Shown here in pieces: positions 44,922 to 59,100 of a DNA stretch of 64,000 nt. Source of the stretch: Veleropilina oligotropha (taxonomy: Eukaryota). The stretch covers positions 248,001 through 312,000 of the forward strand of contig JBEUKZ010000125.1 in NCBI GenBank assembly GCA_048128005.1, given 5' to 3'. The notes beneath the pieces were generated by a model that had not been told where the DNA came from, made no database searches, and was given only the letters and a program-made list of their open reading frames with translations. Both the position numbers and the translations under genes were made by a program. The first letter of the stretch is position 1; the number at the start of each line of letters is the position of its first letter.

Positions 44922-47900
44922 TTATGCCCCCTAAGTGAAGTTTGGGGGCATATAGTGTTGCACACGTCGGTCCGTCCGAACTTCGTTTCCGGGCTATAAC
45001 TTTAGAATGCCTTCATGGATTTCAATGAAATTTGGTATGCAAGTGGATGATCATAATAGCTAAGTGAAGTTCGATTTCGGTAAAATTCCCATGTTCCATA
45101 TGGGAGTTATGCCTCTTGATTCACTTGGAAACATTTTTCTATTTCCTGGCGGTAACTTCAGAATGCCTTCATGGATTTAAATTAAATTTGATATTCACGT
45201 GTATGATCATAATACCGAAGTGAAGTTCGATTTCGGTAACATTCAGAGTTTCCATAAAGGAGTTATGCCCCTTGATTCACTTGGAAACTTTTTTTCATGA
45301 ATTTACATTAAACATGGTTCGCACAACCTTGAAAAGTACTTGAATTTGACCGTCTATAATGAAAAGTGCTTGAATTTGAAAATAACCTTGAAAAGTCCTT
45401 GAATATGACCAAACGGTCTTGAATATCATCATGGTAACTATTTTAATATTTTGGCGTTCCTATATCTTAGTTATATTTATTAACTTTATGGTACTTGCGT
45501 CTGTTTTCGTTCGCGGTGAAGTCGGTCACCATTTATCTGGACAGATTTGCATTCGGACAATAAATAGATTCAGAAATTCTCCGATTTTTGTGAACTCGTT
45601 GATTTCCGTTGAGTCTCGGAACTAGCAAATAATGGCGAAAACAGTCGGCCATTGAAGACAATAAAAGTTGTCTCCCTTGACCGACAATGTGTTTCAGCAT
45701 TCGATTTTATTCGCGAAATATGAAGGAAATTTTGTCAATAACGTGTAAATAATATAATTTTAATCAACAATTTACAGCGGATATGGCAGGATATGCGTTT
45801 TTAATAGAAATTGGCTTTCGCAGGTGGAATATGCATCGTGGATACGGGAAGTAAAAACTGACAAACATAAAGCCATGTGCGCGTTGTGCAACAAAATTAT
45901 TATAATCATTTTTAATTCAAGTTTAACACGAAGTTGAATAATGTGCCTTTTATTCATGTACTTATAATTACCACTGTTCCAAGTTGCATATATCACATAC
46001 ATTATATATTGATTTGCATTGAAAAAATAGTACTTGAAATTTTTTTGTGAAGTCCTTGAATAGTCCTTGAATTTCATGTGGCTATTTTTGTACGAACCAT
46101 GTATAAATTTGGTATTCACGTGTATGATAGTAATGGCTAAGAGCAGTTCGATTTCGGTAAAATTCCCATGTTCCATATGGGAGTTATGCCTCTTGATTCA
46201 CTTGGAAACATTTTTGTATTTCCTGGCGGTAACTTCAGAATGCCTTCATGGATTTAAATTAAATTTGATATTCACGTGTATGATCATAATACCGAAGTGA
46301 AGTTCGATTTCGGTAACATTCAGAGTTTCCATAAAGGAGTTATGCCCCTTGATTCACTTGGAAACTTTTTTTCATGAATTTACATTAAACATGGTTCGCA
46401 CAACCTTGAAAAGTACTTGAATTTGACCGTCTATAATGAAAAGTGCTTGAATTTGAAAATAACCTTGAAAAGTCCTTGAATATGACCAAACGGTCTTGAA
46501 TATCATCATGGTAACTATTTTAATATTTTGGCGTTCCTATATCTTAGTTATATTTATTAACTTTATGGTACTTGCGTCTGTTTTCGTTCGCGGTGAAGTC
46601 GGTCACCATTTATCTGGACAGATTTGCATTCGGACAATAAATAGATTCAGAAATTCTTCGATTTTTGTGAACTCGTTGATTTCCGTTGAGTCTCGGAACT
46701 AGCAAATAATGGCGAAAACAGTCGGCCATTGAAGACAATAAAAGTTGTCTCCCTTGACCTACAATGTGTTTCAGCATTCGATTTTATTCGCGAAATATGA
46801 AGGAAATTTTGTCAATAACGTGTAAATAATATAATTTTAATCAACAATTTACAGCGGATATGGCAGGATATGCGTTTTTAATAGAAATTGGCTTTCGCAG
46901 GTGGAATATGCATCGTGGATACGGGAAGTAAAAACTGACAAACATAAAGCCATGTGCGCGTTGTGCAACAAAATTATTATAATCATTTTTAATTCAAGTT
47001 TAACACGAAGTTGAATAATGTGCCTTTTATTCATGTACTTATAATTACCACTGTTCCAAGTTGCATATATCACATACATTATATATTGATTTGCATTGAA
47101 AAAATAGTCCTTGAAAATTTTTTGTGAAGTCCTTGAATAGTCCTTGAATTTCATGTGGCTATTTTTGTACGAACCATGTATAAATTTGGTATTCACGTGT
47201 ATGATAGTAATGGCTAAGTGCAGTTCGATTTCGGTAAAATTCCCATGTTCCATATGGGAGTTATGCCTCTTGATTTGATTCACTTGGAAACATGTTTCCA
47301 TTTCCTGGCGGTAACTACAGAATGCCTTCATGGATTTAAATTAAATTTGATATTCACGTGTATGATCATAATAGCTGAGTGGAGTTCGATTTCGGTGAAA
47401 TTCCGCCTTCACATAAGGGAGTTATGTCCCTTCATCAACATGCAATTTTTTTACCATTTCCGGCCGATAACTTGATTATGCCTTCATGGATATAAATTAA
47501 ATTTGGTATACACGTGTAATATCATTGGAAATAAATTTTATGCCCGGTCCCCTGCAAAACGAAGTATGGAGAGCATTTATTGTTACACATGTTTGTCCCT
47601 CGAATGAATGCTTTAGATTCTGCGCTATATTAAGGCATTCATGGATTCAAATTAAATTAATTTGATATACACATGTATATCAGAATATCTAAGTGGAGTT
47701 TCATTTCTATAAATTCGCAACTTCATTTAGGAGACGTAGGACATTAATTATTAATATAATTTTGTTTTCAAATCTGGACGATAACTTCTGAATACATTCA
47801 TGGAATGAAACTAGATTTGGAATATAGGTGTATACTTATTCATACATTGTTAAATGCGTAAATGCAATGTTAAGAGAGTTTATAATGGCTGTTTACTTCG

Positions 47901-47966
47901 AATTTCTTTCATTCCTGGGCAGTTGTTTCAGCGGGGGCATTCGTGTCACTCTGACATATCTAGTTT
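44922..47966. mobile_element. HINE-like element with units of about 155 bp, containing a 1077-bp tandem duplication that includes a MITE
   Basis: Head hairpin ATGCCCCC..GGGGGCAT plus a (GTCC) tract, tail GGGGGCATT..CTAGTT. The MITE with TIR CATGGTTCG(C/T)ACAA is present twice, 1077 bp apart. Confidence 0.75.
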
Positions 47967-48135
47967 ATTTATCATTTCTAATGTTGGTTGGGTGTGACCA
48001 AATGATTACGATGCTGGGTTCGATGAGTCGGAATTCCTAGGAATGGCATGTCCATTGCACAGTGTCAAATTAACATTTTCCTTTAGTGTTTAAATTGATG
48101 CATTTTGCTTTAACTATCTCTAGGCATAGGCATAT

Positions 48136-48372
48136 GGGACCGCCCTGCTAGTCATGTGGTTTAGAGTGCCGCCTCTGAAATCTGTGGTTAGATTGCGCCA
48201 ATTAATGAGTCGCCGTGTGGGTTGAAATCTGTTCGGGCAAAGGCATTCTTTTTTCAGTTATCAATTGCAGTTGTCCGGACAGGGTGGGTTTGACCAGGCT
48301 TTCCTCCTGTGATAATATGGACCTGCCTGCCTTGAACCGGAATGTTGTAAATATACAGAACATTTAAGTATT
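48136..48372 (+). mobile_element. Diverged related SINE
   Basis: tRNA-like head; its 3' part CCTGCCTTGAACC..TGTTGTAAATATACAG is shared with the 869-1130 family. Further diverged relatives lie near 50600-50780 (+) and 51975-52150 (-). Confidence 0.65.
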
Positions 48373-48686
48373 GATCCAACTCTAGGCATATGATAATTTC
48401 ATCAGTAGCAACCTTTGGAGTATCTTAAATGTCAAGTAAAATATATTCGAAAATCTGATCAGATGCATAGTTTGGTCATATATAATGTGTATTTTGTGTA
48501 ATGAATGGTGAGGGATAATGCCAAAATGGCCGATAGTCTACCACGTAATCGAAATAAAAACCTGCCGTCTTTTAGCAGACTACGTGCAGCTTACATAGTG
48601 CTATTTATCAAACTTCAAATGATGTGATTTAGACAAATCAAATATCGGTAATTTCGCTTATTGAAAAACATGGCAACATTGTTTGA

Positions 48687-49863
48687 CCGTTGCGTAAGGT
48701 GAGCTCCACACATCTTGATTTGACAGTCTATGAGATGATAAACTCTAACCCAGGTAGATGAACCTAGTGAATTTTGGAAGGTAGTCCGTCTAGGAGAATG
48801 GCAACTCTGATTACAAACCCGGGTATAGGATACTCGTTAACCCTTCAAGACCGATCATCTACGAAAAGAAAAACTTGGACAAGAAAAATCTATCCAGTCT
48901 GCCGAAGACGGAGTGTGTCAGCCATGCTGTAGGTTTTTGGGGATAAATAAAGCTTCAATTACTTGTGCTAGAGCCTACATCGCAAAAATGAGGACCTGCT
49001 ACCGACATCATCAACCAAAATGGAGACGCTACTTAATTTTGAGGAGGCGGATGATCACTTGAAAGGCGCCTCGCCTCGTTCATTATGGAATTGAAATGGA
49101 CTGCCAAGCCTCTCACATTTTGAAAAATGTGTCACTGGAGATGTTTGAAAACCAGTAAAATCCCGGCGAGTGGAAGATCCGCCTGTGAAGTGGACCCACG
49201 TCTTCACAGGCAGATCCTCTGAAGGAGCAGTAATGGATGGAGGTCGCGTGTCTTCATCAAACACGCGGACGGAAGACTGGCCTCCAAGGCTTTTCCAATT
49301 GGAAAGATCTCCAACTACAGACCGGAGTTAACAGCACTACTCCATGCATTACAGACTATGTCAAGATCAGCCAACCAACCACCAAATAAAACCTTAACAG
49401 ACTGCAGATTTCTGTTGCGGGACTTCGGCACATCAGAAACGAACATCATCTGCAGGGAACGACAAGGCAGATGCTCTTTCAAAAAGAGACAGCAGTTCAG
49501 CGACCCATTGACTTGCAGAGGGGCCAAAACCATCATCCATAATCAGTACCGATCCCAGTGGAATAGAAGGCTTGGTGAAGAAAATAGCGCGCCCCTATTC
49601 AACAGCTAGAGTCACCAGCAGACGAGCATCTACAGACTGTGGACGGACCACTGCCGACTACTGAACCAACACAATCGACTCGAGATTGTACACACTGACC
49701 GATGTCCATGTTGTACCGAAAACCAGATCCCAGAACATATCCTTCAATTATGTCCTTACCATGACCGTCTACGACGTCAAACCTGACCAGAGGGTGTGGA
49801 ACTACTGATGCAGCCACGACAACCGAGCTGCTGATGTGACGCAAAGTGGCCGCCGAAGAAGAA
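48687..49863 (+). mobile_element. Internally deleted Ingi-like (I-group) LINE
   Basis: 5' region with GTCTAGGAGAA..AACTCTGATT.CAAACC joined to a decayed RNase H (WTHVFT..SNYR.EL..LTDC..GNDKADALSK), a CCHC-type remnant (PEHILQLCP) and a (GAA)n tail. Confidence 0.6.
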
Positions 49864-51221
49864 CATTTTACTGAACACGGACAAAACTATAAATTTCATT
49901 CGAAACATGCGACACATCAGAGAAGAGCATCATTGATTACGGACATTCTTCTGTAAGAAACAACAGCCGGAAATTTGATATTTTATATATTCAAGACTTT
50001 CGTGTGTCCAATCCGACATCTTATTGAACCCACGTTCCGGACTACTAGCTCTCCGAAATTGTGTCCCAGATTTAAACAAGCACAGAATGTGTGCAATAAC
50101 CTGCGTCATAAGCAAAATTTCTACTGTGAAACATGTGTGATACATATAATACAGACCATGTTTCTGTATGATTTCATAGAATTCACAAATTGGTTTTCAA
50201 GAGTTACGCCCCTTTGACAGACTTAGTTAACTATAATAAAGTTGATTAATTATAATTTAATAAAGTATGCAAAATCTTAAAATGTTTAACTGTTATACCT
50301 CTTTTACTACTGTGAAACATGTGTGATACATATAATACAGACCACGTTTCTGTATGATTTAATATTTATTCATCAAAGAGGCTGTCATGGTAATTTGCTA
50401 TTCTGTTAGGCAGCATCTCTCAATTCATACATCAAGTGGTCATGCACTTTTTTCAAATTGGCTTGTTGTCGAAGTCGCCTATAAGGTGGAAGATCTGGTT
50501 GAAATCATTTCAAAATTGTCTTCCCCCCAAGAAGAACAACAACTTACATGTACCATTCATTGACCCTGCTAGACGCAGGTAATAATAAAAATGGACACTT
50601 GTGTATTCAAATTCACTCGAACTGGCGACAACTTTGCTGAAGGTTCGAATACGGCGTTCGGCACTGTGGTCCATAACAGGCCAGTGGGGGTGGATTTTGG
50701 TGACAGGGATTTCATCCCGCGATAATATGAACATGTTCTGGTATGTCCATAATGAGTGTTAAATGGGATATTAAGCAGCGACCCAATTCATGTACAGCGT
50801 CTTATAGTTTGTTTTTAGATGCTGTACTCGATACAGGAATTATATAAGCTTGTCACCGACTTGGGATATCTAGATATCGGGTGCATTTGCATGGATTATA
50901 TTCTAAGAAATCTCATTCTACTATCCACTGGATTATTTTCTGTGATCGTTTTTTTTATCGTCATCCGATATTGTGCAGTCGCGACAAAAGCAGACCCCCT
51001 ATGAAATCCATAAATGAATATTTTAATTATACAATGTTTGCTTTATGACTGATTTTGGCAGTTATCCAGTCATGTCAGGATCGCGGGTTTAAGCTTACTC
51101 TCGGAATGCAGGACATTGGGGTTTCACACAATTAATTGTCAATATTACACGATTGGTTCGAGAATCTGTATGGAACAGCGTCAAATATGGAATGGGATTA
51201 AATGTCGAAATAATAAGATAT

Positions 51222-51435
51222 AGTATATATATATTATATATTTATATATATATTTATATATATATTTATATATATATTTATATATATATTTATATATATA
51301 TTTATATATATATTTATATATATATTTATATATATATTTATATATATTTATATATATTATATATATTATATATATTATATATATTATATATATTATATAT
51401 ATTATATATATATATTATATATATTATATATATTA

Positions 51436-51466
<31 letters not shown>
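51222..51466. repeat. Compound TA microsatellite
   Basis: Read directly. Confidence 0.95.
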
Positions 51467-51479
51467 CCGTGTAGCGTTG

Positions 51480-51900
51480 TAGTTTAGGAGTTCGACGCAG
51501 TTATGCTGTTCTACACTTCATTGACAACTTAAGGGAGAAAGCGCGAGTTCTTCTCCAAATGGGTCCAATCTCGGGTGATTCTGGTGAAGGGTTGACGTAG
51601 GGTATTGTGCCATTGTGACGAGCTTCGTGGGACCTGTGCAAGTGAAGTGGTGCTCCTCTGTTTATGAACACCCCAAGTTGCATCAGCATATTCATATGTG
51701 GGTCTAACATCGATAGTATAACCGGATGATGTAGGTTTCGATTTAAGAACGTTCGATTGATGGTAGCTCTCTTCGTTTAGGCATCTATGCGTTTGCTGAA
51801 CTTGAGCTTGAAACAGATCGTTCCTACGAAGTCCGACTTGCGTGTAATATCGATGATTTTTTCTTTTTGTTCAGCTTGCTCTTCTTTGTGATGCGTGAAA
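51480..51900 (-). mobile_element. CR1-group LINE fragment
   Basis: Minus-strand peptides LKFSKRI..FLNRNL and YTIDVRPTYEYADATW. Confidence 0.55.
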
Positions 51901-52829
51901 CATGGTCCTTGGAAGATAGTAGCTCCATTAGCTACTTGGAATCACAATCTTTGAGCTTTTGGTTTGGTTTATATCAATGCATAATGGCCCATTTTAACAT
52001 CCTTCGGTGTCATATTAGGACACGTCCATGTTATCGCGGGAGAAAAGCCGATCTCCCGAGAAAACCCACAACTATGACTGTTAATTGAACAAAGTACGCA
52101 ACCAAGGAATCGAACCCACTCCAGTTAATCAGAGCAGTCAATTGAATGAATTTGGAGTCCGTTCTTTTAGTGTATCAGTAGGCAGGTGACAATTCAATAC
52201 GCGTCTACAGGCGTCGCTAAGGCGCTAGAGTACTTTTTATTACCATAAATGTATTTTATTTGTTTGCATCCAATTAATAATTTCAAGCAAAAATTCCATT
52301 AAAATTATTTTAAGAATTACAGGACTAAATGATGAAAAGACCAATTCATAATTGGAACTTAAATACTTCAAAACAATATGTTCCAAAACCTTTCGCTAAA
52401 GGCGCCCCCCACATATCAATATATTTAAATCTCGAGAGCGCAGACCTCTGATATGTCTGTTCTGAAATCGCCACCAAAATCTAATCACTCTATTCTTTGC
52501 CATAGGCTAACCTGTTCTCAAATATGGCGCAATTTTCTTTTTTCGGCTCTTGGTTCAAGTTTTTCTTCATACAAACTTCATATTAGGATCAACATGCTCA
52601 TTAGACAATGACATCACATGGTGAATAATCTAGTGTCTATTGTTATTAAAATAGATGACAAAAGGGGGTAAATAGGGTCACATTTGTTAACTCCCACAAT
52701 TCGAATTAACAATAGCAATAAGGTATATACTGTACTTGTTTTCTTTCTGTTGTGTGCCGTTGTCACTGCTCGCAGAGGAATCGAGTAGAGTACAAGTATA
52801 CAATATACATTTTTTCAAAGAAATACATT

Positions 52830-55790
52830 AATGGAAGCGCCTAGCAGGCAGCAGGCCTCGGAGACTTAATTAGCGACTTCATTCTCGAAAATGACCTGGG
52901 CCCAAGATTATAAAGGTCTGCTGAGGACGATCTCAAACTCTGATGATTGTTTCGTACTGGAATCGATACTCTTGACCATTGCAGTGTCTGAGCTAAGTTT
53001 CATAGAGTCTTTATAATCTTGGGCCCTAGATATATTATTTATAACTGAATCGTGGATTAAAGAACAAGATGACGTCATCAAGGCTGAACTTACACCAACA
53101 GGTTACATGTTGGTCAAAAGCCCGATCGGGTAGAAGAAAGGGTGGTGGCATTGCAGTTATTTTCAAATCTACTCTTAATTTGGAAGTAAACACATCTGTC
53201 GATGTAAATTTAACGTCTTTCGAGAGTGTTGAGACAATTATTTCAGCAGACAAGGATGTGTTCAGAATGATGTGTATTTACAGACCACCTCCGTCTAAAC
53301 AGAACAAACTGACACCATTAACATTTCACAGTAAATTTGAAAATTTCTTCATCTGTATGGAAATAGGCCAGGTAAATTGGCAATATTTGGAGACTTTTTT
53401 ATTTTTAATTTGATGATAAAGATCAGTTTGACATTAAGAAGATAACATAATGTTTGTCATCAAAATGTGTCTATGCATATACTCATAAATGTGGATATAT
53501 TTTGGACAGGGTTATTACAAGAAAAGATGACACTTTTATGAATATTGTCAAATTGGAAGATGTACAACTGTCGGATCATTTTGTTATATTTTTTTGCTGA
53601 ATGTGACAAGTTTTAAGCGAACAGTCCGAAAACACAGTTATCGGAATTTGATCGTGAATTGTTCAAGAAGGATATTTTATCATCTGCTCTAGACACAAAC
53701 GAAAACACAGATACATATAATATCGTCAACCTCTACAACACAGTACTGACAACTCTCTTAAATAAGCATGCACCGCAACGCGATAAAGTCTTTGCGGACA
53801 AATCTGTTTCTCATTGGTACACTGACGAGATTAAGGAACAAACATCTATAAGAAGAAGATTAGTACGACAATGGAGAAAGACCAAACTGAAAATACATCG
53901 TCAATGTTATGTCACACATGCAGAAGACTGCTGTAAATAACCTTATTCGCAAGGAAAAGATGAAGTACTACAACCAGCAAATCATCGCATCCGAATGCGA
54001 CTTCATAAATTTTGTATGATCACTTCAAGCCTCCAGAATAAGAATCGGAATAAAGTATTGCCGGATCTAGGATCTGATGCTGAAATATGCGTCGCACTTG
54101 GTAACTATTTCAGGGATAAGATTGACACTATCCATAAACAACTCTCTGAAGAAAACATTATTTCATCTGTGGGACTTGTCCGTGAATGTGATATTGAGCC
54201 TTTTTCGGATTTCAATCTATTCTCGGAGAAGGAAGTACCGAGTCTGATCAGGGAGACGAAGGCCAAAAGTTGTGATCTCGACCCAATACCGACTACTCTG
54301 CTCGTAGAGTGCCTCGATGCTTTGCTTCCATATCTCACCAAAATCATAAATACATCTTTGGTGACGGGGAAAAGTATCACATTCATTCAAATATACGCTT
54401 ATCAAAAAGGTCTGAAGAAGAACATTCTTAAGAACTACAGACCAGTATCAAATCTGCAATTCGTGTCAAAATTTCTCGAGAAAGCAGTTGCTACTCTTCT
54501 GCAGGAACATCTTATGAAAACAACCTGTATGATAATTTTCAACCCGCCTCTAGGCCTGGGCATTTCACAGAAACAGCCATCATCAGAGTTTTCAACGATC
54601 TCCTGACAATTGTAGATCAAGGTCAAGGAGCAGCATTGATATTATTGGACCTATCTGCAGCGTTCGATACTGTGTACCATTAAATTATTCTTCAAACTGC
54701 ACATCACGATCTAGGCATTACTGGTACCGTGCTCGCCTGGTTCATTCATATCTGTGTGACAGGCATCAATCAATAATTATTGTTATCAGTGGCTCCGGAT
54801 TATCTGATTACAAGCTTGACCGTGGCGTCCCACAGGCTCTGTTCTCGATCCGATCCTATTCACTCTCTACACCAGATCATTCAGTAAAATCTCAGCCAAA
54901 CATGGGATAAACCATCACCAATACGCTGATGACAACCAGCTATATATTGGGTTCTCAACATATAAAGCTGCAAATTGTGGTCGTAAAATTGAGATTTGCT
55001 GTGCCGGTATCAAAAGCTGGATGTCATCTAATATGCTGAAGCTTGGCTCCAAGCAGCTACTCAAAGAATGTGGAGACATTCAACGGCTCACCATTGGTGA
55101 CTCTGTGATTACAGCTGCTGACATGGTGAAAAATCTGGGTGTGATCTGAGATCAACAGCTCAGCAAGAAGAATCACGTATCTAGAGTGTGTCAGACGATC
55201 AACTACAATCTCAGAAACATTGGAAGGCTAATTCCATCGCTAACCAAATCATCCAGAGAAAAACTGATACTATCAGAAATTACATCCAGAATCGACAGCC
55301 TCGTAAACGCGCCCAAGGAACATATTAACAAATTACAGTGCATACAGAACTCAACCACCAGAATCATTTTCTAATCTGCTAAACATGATCATATCACTCC
55401 ATACTTAAAGGAACTCCATTGGCTACTAGTAGCTGCACGTATTGACTACAAGATTCTTTTTAATGCCTAAAAATGCTATAATCATCAAGCACCAACCTAC
55501 CTCTGCGATATCTTGCCTATGTACACACCTCAGCGATCTCTCCGTTCAGAGCATAAAGACCTTTTCAAAGTGCCTCGCGTGAAAACTTCATCGTTTGGCA
55601 AGAGGACTTTCGCCTTCGCGGCAGCTTCAAAGTGGAATAATCTCCCAGAAAATCTAAAAGCTACACCCACGGAAGCTTCATACAAGAATCTACTAAAGGC
55701 TCATTTATACAAACAACATTATCTATGCTAATGCGCACAAAGCATATGCTACATGTGAAGTGTGCGCACAATAAGTGCACGTATTATTAT
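52830..55790 (+). mobile_element. L2/CR1-group LINE ORF2 pseudogene (endonuclease and RT)
   Basis: Peptides DILFITESW, GGGIAV, IYRPP, SCDLDPIPT, KNYRPVSNL, DLSAAFDTV, YADD, ELHWL and RSLRS, then a (TAT)n tail. Many frameshifts. Confidence 0.9.
52898..53026. mobile_element. Small Harbinger-like MITE inside the LINE endonuclease
   Basis: 18-bp TIR GGGCCCAAGATTATAAAG; removing it approximately restores ENDL-DILFITESW. Confidence 0.75.
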
Positions 55791-56125
55791 TGTAGTGAAG
55801 AGTGGGAAACAGGGGTGGTGAGCGACTCGAACCAACAACCCTTCAAACGTGAGAATGTGTCTTTATTGTATAGGAACATAAAAAACGCTAGCAGCTCGCT
55901 AATGCTGGGTGACCATTGGTTTCATGACCGGCAAAATAACATCTTCATCCAAAAGTTCAGCAAAATCGCGATAAAATGATAACCAGATCAACGCGACCTG
56001 CGTTGATAGCAGAGATTGATGTCGGCATTTTCCGTAAGACTCACATAAGTTCGGGCATACTCGGCAAAGTACAAAAATAGACCTATCACTTATGTAATAT
56101 ATAATTAATACGCAACTCTCTTACA
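55791..56125 (-). repeat. Gypsy 3' LTR, 335 bp
   Basis: TGTA...TACA termini, directly after a polypurine tract AGGGGAG (56126-56132, minus strand). Confidence 0.82.
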
Positions 56126-59100
56126 CTCCCCTACTGTAACGATTCTGTCCCAGCAATGTACTACTTTCACAGAGCAATATAACAATAACATGTAACAAGG
56201 TAAGTATTTAGGTAGAAGGCTTAATGCCAGCTAACATCTGTACAAGTAACAATTGAGTTTGGGCAATATTCGACAATGCAGATGGACAAACATTTTGATT
56301 AGCTACTTGCTCATTCTCTATAACAGTGCAAGGTAAGTGAAATGGATTTGAGTGTTGTCCAGCCGTTGTTCTTGATGTTCTCCAGAGCGTTTCTGGCTCT
56401 GGTAAGTCCGTCAAATGTTCATCCTCTCGGTCAGCTGCTTCAGTGGCTGGTAGCTGCTCCCCTACTTTGCACGAACCAGCACTCTGCTCGCTCAACCTTC
56501 TTGTATCTCGAACCGATATGCCTGATCCTGTACTGACGGGATCAGGAACATCCTCTTCATGGTGGGATATGATTTCGGTTTCTGTTGGACCCCTATCTTC
56601 CTTCACCAATAAGCTACAACTTCATATAGACCATCATCATCTTCGTCGTCGTCAGTCGGAATCACCTGGTCGGAGGCTTCGGTACCAATAATTTTAGAAC
56701 TAGCCGGTGCTATATCCGAGACCAATCCTCTTGAATCCAGCCAATCCTGTCGATGAATCCTCTTCCGAGTGTTACCTGCATCGCAAAGGGATTCGACATC
56801 GTATACATTGGCTTCAATCTTGCCAACAACGTGGCAGGATTCTGGACACCACTTGTCCTGTATCTTATGTATTCCTTCGACCCGATTCCTGATGAATACA
56901 CGTGCTCCAATGTCCAATGGGTGATCACTAGCACGTTTGTTGAAGTGATTCTGACGCTTCATAGCCTCTCTCTCCAGTCGCACGCTGGCTAGTTGAAAAG
57001 CCGTCTTCAAGCGTTCATAATGTTCATTTACCCATTTTCTCTGTGGCGTCTTGTCTTCATCAGCTGTTACTCCAAGTATAGCATCGACTGGCAAGGTAGG
57101 ATCTCTTCCAAAGATAAGATAGAAAGGCGCATAACCTGTTGATGCATTGGGTGTTGCATTTTATGCATACATGATTTCTGGCAGTAGAATCGGCCACTTG
57201 CGCTTGGCTTCTGGGGGTAGGGTTGAAATGAGATTGTGCAGAGTTCGATTAAATCGTTCACATTGACCGTTTTGTTCGGGATGGTATGGCATGGTCCTAG
57301 TCTTTGCAACTCCGTAGATCTCGCATAGTTCCTGAATAATCCCACTTTCAAAATTTCTTCCTTGGTCACTGTGCAACCTCTTAGGAATAGCGTACCGGAC
57401 AAACCACTCCTTTACATGAATCCTTGCCACAGTCTTGGCAGCCTGATCTTTCGTCGAAACAGCCTGCGAATACGTCAGTCATAATTAACACGATTTCCAG
57501 GTTGTACATGCCTTTCTCCAACAATGTATAGTCCATTGCGAGGATCTCCAATAATTTATTCGCGATGAATGAACCAATCGATGTTCTGATGTTATTTCTA
57601 GTCTTCGCCAGCATACAACGAGTGCACTTTGAGCAATAGTCAGTCACATCTCTTCCCATGAATGGCCAGTAGCATCTGCTCGAGGGTAGTGCAAGCGTTC
57701 GTGCAGTTCCTTGATGTCCCATCCGATCATGCACAGATTCCATAACTTTAGGCATCATCTCAGCTGGAAGCAATATCTGATTGATGACTTCGACATGCTG
57801 CTGTACTCTTCGTTATAATTTACCATCGGAAAAGAATAACCGATCTCATGATCTTGCTAATGAACGAACAACTCTGCTTTCTCTACTCCACTCTCGTCTT
57901 GTAGGGGGCTGGTCGCGTTCCTTGAAGTTGATAATTCTTCGAATGTCTGGGTCACTCCGCTGAAGCTGAACGAGTTCCGAAGACTGAAGCACGGGCAACG
58001 AGGTAGATTCTTCATGCGAGGGGGCTACTCGCCGAGGTCTCTGTCGCATCTCTTTCATCCAAACCTGTTCAACGACGTGATATTTTCTTGACCAGTTCCC
58101 TTGGAAGCGCCAATGATGAAGATTCGTTGACCTGGATGTTTCGGGCGAATCTCTCTTCCAACCTGGGAGTCTCTGGTGTGTTGTCCGCCTTCCTACTCAA
58201 GGAGTCTGCATTCCGATTTACTTTTCCAGACCGATGTCTTATCTTCAGATCGAACTCTGCCAGTTCCTCGACCCATCGCATCTCTGTGGCACCCAACTTA
58301 GCAGTTGTCTGCAGGTAAGTAAGAGGATCGTTATCGGTCAAAACAGTACATCTGGCACCAATCAGACACGGCCCACTTCAGCGCAAGGAGTTCAAGTTTC
58401 ATGCTGCTATACCGTTCCATGTTTCGTTCATTCGGACGAAGAGCTCTACTGGCGTAGATGATGACAACACGACCAGAGTCCTGTTCCTGTGAGAAACGGC
58501 CCCTAGCCAAGATGGCTTGCATCCACTTTCAAGATGAAGTCCTTCGAAAAGTCTGGAAATCCCAATAAAGGTGCTTCGATGAGTCCTCCATTGCTTTATC
58601 ACACGATTCGTCCCATGTTCCTATCCCTAATGGCTTGCGTGATCGTTTTTCCTTCTTTCCTTTGCCCGGTCCTCCAAGGAGCAGATGTAATGGTGCTGCC
58701 ATCTTCGCAAATCCCTTTACAAAGCGCCGATAATATCCCGCTATACCAAGGAAACCACGAAGTTCTGTCTCCGTTTTGGGCTTTGGCCATTCACGGACAG
58801 CTGCAGTCTTTTCTGGATCAGTGAGGATGCCGTCATTAGTAACTAGATGGCCCAAGTAACGCAACTTAGTCTTGAACAACTGACATTTGCTCGGCTTTAC
58901 CTTCAAGTTAAATCTCTGCAACTGTTTCAAGACCATGTGAAGCCGATCCAACGTCCGACCAAAGACCAAGATGTCATCTAGGTAGATCAACAATGACTGA
59001 AAGTTCTCATCACTGAAAATCCGGTCCATCAATCTCATGAATGTCCCTGGAGCTCTTGTCAATCCAAACGGCATACGGGTATATTCGTGTATCCCTCCTG

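Noticed and set aside
45772..47331. 134-aa and 160-aa minus-strand ORFs
   Set aside because: They span MITE and tandem-repeat boundaries in the duplicated block and show no protein motifs.
48732..48760. 2A/StopGo peptide (MINSNPGR) in the Ingi-like 5' region
   Set aside because: It lacks the D, E and final P of DxExNPGP and is followed by a stop.
52942..52975. Hammerhead-like CTGATGA motif
   Set aside because: It lies inside a small MITE, has no GAAA and has weak stems.
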